A DNA stretch of 64,000 nt, taken from the NCBI RefSeq assembly GCF_006345805.1, contig NC_043012.1, positions 45,260,001-45,324,000 of the forward strand. The letters run 5' to 3'. Below are positions 63,939-64,000 of this stretch, piece by piece (within the stretch, counting starts at the first letter, position 1; each line of letters starts with the position of its first letter). Position numbers and translations under genes: made by a program. The DNA comes from Octopus sinensis. Lineage: Eukaryota. The notes beneath the pieces are model-generated. The model was not told the origin of the DNA. It ran no database searches and worked only from the letters and a program-made list of their open reading frames with translations.

Positions 63939-63985
<47 letters not shown>

Positions 63986-64000
63986 AGTAAAGAGTAAACC

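Larger units (their letters stand above)
62841..63943 (-). mobile_element. Retrozyme-like tandem array of a 484-bp hammerhead-bearing unit, flanked by (TA)n
   Basis: Period of 484 bp (ttcttatacg at 62897, 63381, 63865); only a few substitutions between units; first unit has a 178-bp deletion; no ORF. Confidence 0.88.

Overview
This is eukaryotic, AT-rich, repeat-saturated DNA. The SINE, LINE and microsatellite landscape looks like an Octopus or other cephalopod genome (inference from family recognition, not from a database search). I can support no intact host protein-coding gene; most supplied ORFs are microsatellite read-throughs or transposon remnants. The window holds decayed Tx1-, CR1-, RTE- and R4/Dong-type LINEs, two Penelope-like elements (PLEs), three mariners, a Tigger/pogo, a hAT MITE and many tRNA-headed SINEs, often nested in one another. 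The standout is at 62841-63943: a (TA)n-flanked tandem array of a 484-bp unit whose minus strand folds into a canonical type I hammerhead ribozyme. There are two complete copies exactly one unit apart and one partial copy. This is a retrozyme-like element predicted to release a 484-nt, highly structured, circularisable RNA. A 5'-inverted fragment of the same family at 45345-45522 suggests it retrotransposes. Both PLEs also carry minimal hammerhead-like motifs with the same non-canonical core (CUGUNGA plus an extra purine). A 550-bp non-coding family and R4/Dong remnants cluster in (TAA)n tracts at 34-41 kb. All folds were done by eye, none computed.
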